Part shown: in pieces, positions 41,367-42,439 of the stretch | How positions within the stretch are numbered: position 1 is the stretch's first letter | Layout: each line of letters starts with the position of its first letter | Assembly (NCBI GenBank): GCA_016795345.1 | Contig: JAEUHO010000268.1 | Location: forward strand, 1-42,439 | Direction of reading: 5' to 3' | DNA from: Planctomycetia bacterium | Lineage (GTDB): Bacteria; Planctomycetota; PLA2; JAEUHO01 | DNA length: 42,439 bases | Position numbers and translations under genes: made by a program | Notes under the pieces: generated by a model | Told to the model about the DNA's origin: nothing | Seen by the model: only the letters and a program-made list of their open reading frames with translations | Database searches by the model: none

Positions 41367-42191
41367 ATGACGCGCTCCGCCACTTCCGCGATGCTCGCCC
41401 TCCCCCGCCCCCCGGTGGCGCCCACGCTGCCGCGGTTCGAGGCGGCGTTCCGGGCCGTGGAAGAGACGCTGAAGTCCCTCGGGATCGACCGGCCGCACGA
41501 GCTGCGCTCGCCGGCCACGGTCGAGGAGGCCCTCGCCGGCCTCCCGTCGCTCGACGGGACCCTCGTCATCATCGACCCCAACGAGCTCCGCAGCGCGGAG
41601 CTCGACCTCGAGGAGACCGTCGCCGACGAGCGCGGCGGGGGGACGTTCTTCGTCTCGCTGCCGACGCTCCACGAGCTGACGTCGCGCCGGATCCGGTTCC
41701 GCGACCTGGGCTCGTCGTCGACGGGCGTCGCCTTCCTCGACGAGGACGTTCATCCGGTCGGCTTCGGGAAGTTCCGGTTCGCCCGGAAGCCCGCGGGCTA
41801 CCGCCGCTGGCGCATCCTCGTCGCCGACACGCCCGGCTTCCGCGTCGCCCTCGTCTCGCGGCCGATCGCGGGCGGCGGCTTCGTCGGCCTGTGGACCGGC
41901 AACCCGGAGATGGTGAACGAGATCTCGGCGCTGCTCCGTGTCGCGGCCTCGGCCGCGGGCCACGAGCTCCCGGCCCCGGCGTCCGCCGTGCCCGCCTCGC
42001 TCGGGTTCGCCAGCGAGGGCGAGGTCTGGCGCCAGGCGGCCGCGCTGCGCGGGCAGCGCGAGGTCCGCGAGGGCGAGCTCCGCGAGATCGCCCGCGCCGC
42101 CGCCCTCCGCGGCGTCGAGCTGCGCCGGCAGCGCGCGGCGGCCGCCGCCGCGGCCTCGGCGACCGGCCAGTCGAAGGTGCCCGCGGCCTGA
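41367..42191 (+). CDS. Hypothetical cytoplasmic protein, possibly DICT-like sensory domain plus C-terminal coiled coil
   Basis: In-frame ATG 41367 within ORF 41160..42191, preceded by GAAAGGCAGG. The segment FFVSLPTLHELTSRRIRFRDLG...GVAFLDED...RWRILVADTPGFRVALVSRP...GGFVGLWTGNPEMVNEI resembles the DICT-domain pattern as I remember it. The tail is Arg/Ala/Glu-rich and helical. Confidence 0.65.
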   Translation: MTRSATSAMLALPRPPVAPTLPRFEAAFRAVEETLKSLGIDRPHELRSPATVEEALAGLPSLDGTLVIIDPNELRSAELDLEETVADERGGGTFFVSLPTLHELTSRRIRFRDLGSSSTGVAFLDEDVHPVGFGKFRFARKPAGYRRWRILVADTPGFRVALVSRPIAGGGFVGLWTGNPEMVNEISALLRVAASAAGHELPAPASAVPASLGFASEGEVWRQAAALRGQREVREGELREIARAAALRGVELRRQRAAAAAAASATGQSKVPAA

Positions 42192-42215
42192 CGACGGGTC
42201 GTCCCGACCGAAACT

Positions 42216-42251
42216 GACGCGAGGCCCGCGGCGTGCCGCGGGCCTCGCGTC
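42216..42251 (+). terminator. Perfect 16-bp stem / 4-nt loop hairpin 3' of the DICT-like gene
   Basis: GACGCGAGGCCCGCGG-CGTG-CCGCGGGCCTCGCGTC lies 25 nt after the TGA at 42189-42191 and is followed by GTT only (weak U-tract). The stem is built from the dispersed GACGCGAGGCCCG motif. Confidence 0.6.
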
Positions 42252-42338
42252 GTTCCCGGGACGCGAGGCCCGGACCGCCGCGCGGGGCCCGAACACGGAG
42301 TGCGACGCGAAGTGCGCACCCGTGGGTATCTTGAGCGG

Positions 42339-42439
42339 ATGCGCCGGTGGACCCTCCTCGCGTGTGTCGCGGCCCTGGGGCTCCCCGCCTGCAACGCGGT
42401 GCGCAGCGTGCGTTGGCCGTGGGCGTCCGGCGGTGGGGG
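42339..42439 (+). CDS. 5' end of a lipoprotein gene (runs off the window)
   Basis: ATG 42339 gives MRRWTLLACVAALGLPAC|NAVRSV..., i.e. a signal peptide with an L-P-A-C lipobox. The frame is open to the window end. It is absent from the ORF track, presumably because no stop is reached. Confidence 0.5.
   Translation, partial: MRRWTLLACVAALGLPACNAVRSVRWPWASGGG

Overview
This is a 42.4-kb window of a very GC-rich bacterial chromosome, roughly 70-75% GC by eye (not computed). The high GC produces many long R/P/G/A-rich shadow ORFs in the six-frame track. I discarded these wherever a protein-like frame lies on the other strand or in another frame.

Supported content, in order:
- alpha/beta hydrolase
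- orphan ParA-like ATPase with a long Ala/Pro-rich tail
- truD
- two secreted proteins of unknown function
- gyrA
- C45/Ntn-type peptidase-like lipoprotein
- M48 metalloprotease
- another secreted protein plus a small ORF
- two paralogous membrane-anchored proteins with carboxypeptidase-regulatory-like domains
- a TetR regulator coupled to a three-gene molybdo-flavo-iron-sulfur hydroxylase operon of the 4-hydroxybenzoyl-CoA-reductase type (the FAD subunit carries an extra 4-Cys insert)
- an overlapping ABC-type ATPase + small Toprim-like gene pair
- an acyltransferase-3 gene split by a 172-bp palindromic MITE
- HAMP/PP2C phosphatase
- metallophosphoesterase lipoprotein
- BtuF-like binding protein
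- a three-gene pilin-like cluster containing a giant (~1,380 aa) prepilin-type protein with many Ca-binding-like repeats
- GT4 glycosyltransferase
- deoxyhypusine-synthase-like gene
- a 1-kb non-coding gap rich in repeats
- a DICT-like protein
- the start of a lipoprotein gene at the window edge

No rRNA, tRNA or CRISPR array could be supported.

The best candidates for something new are:
1. the ATPase + Toprim-like pair (split-OLD/PARIS-like candidate defence module)
2. the giant-pilin cluster
3. two families of dispersed hairpin repeats, plus the MITE

All functional calls come from motif recognition by eye. No database search was possible. The lineage guess (Planctomycetota-like or another high-GC Gram-negative) is inference only.
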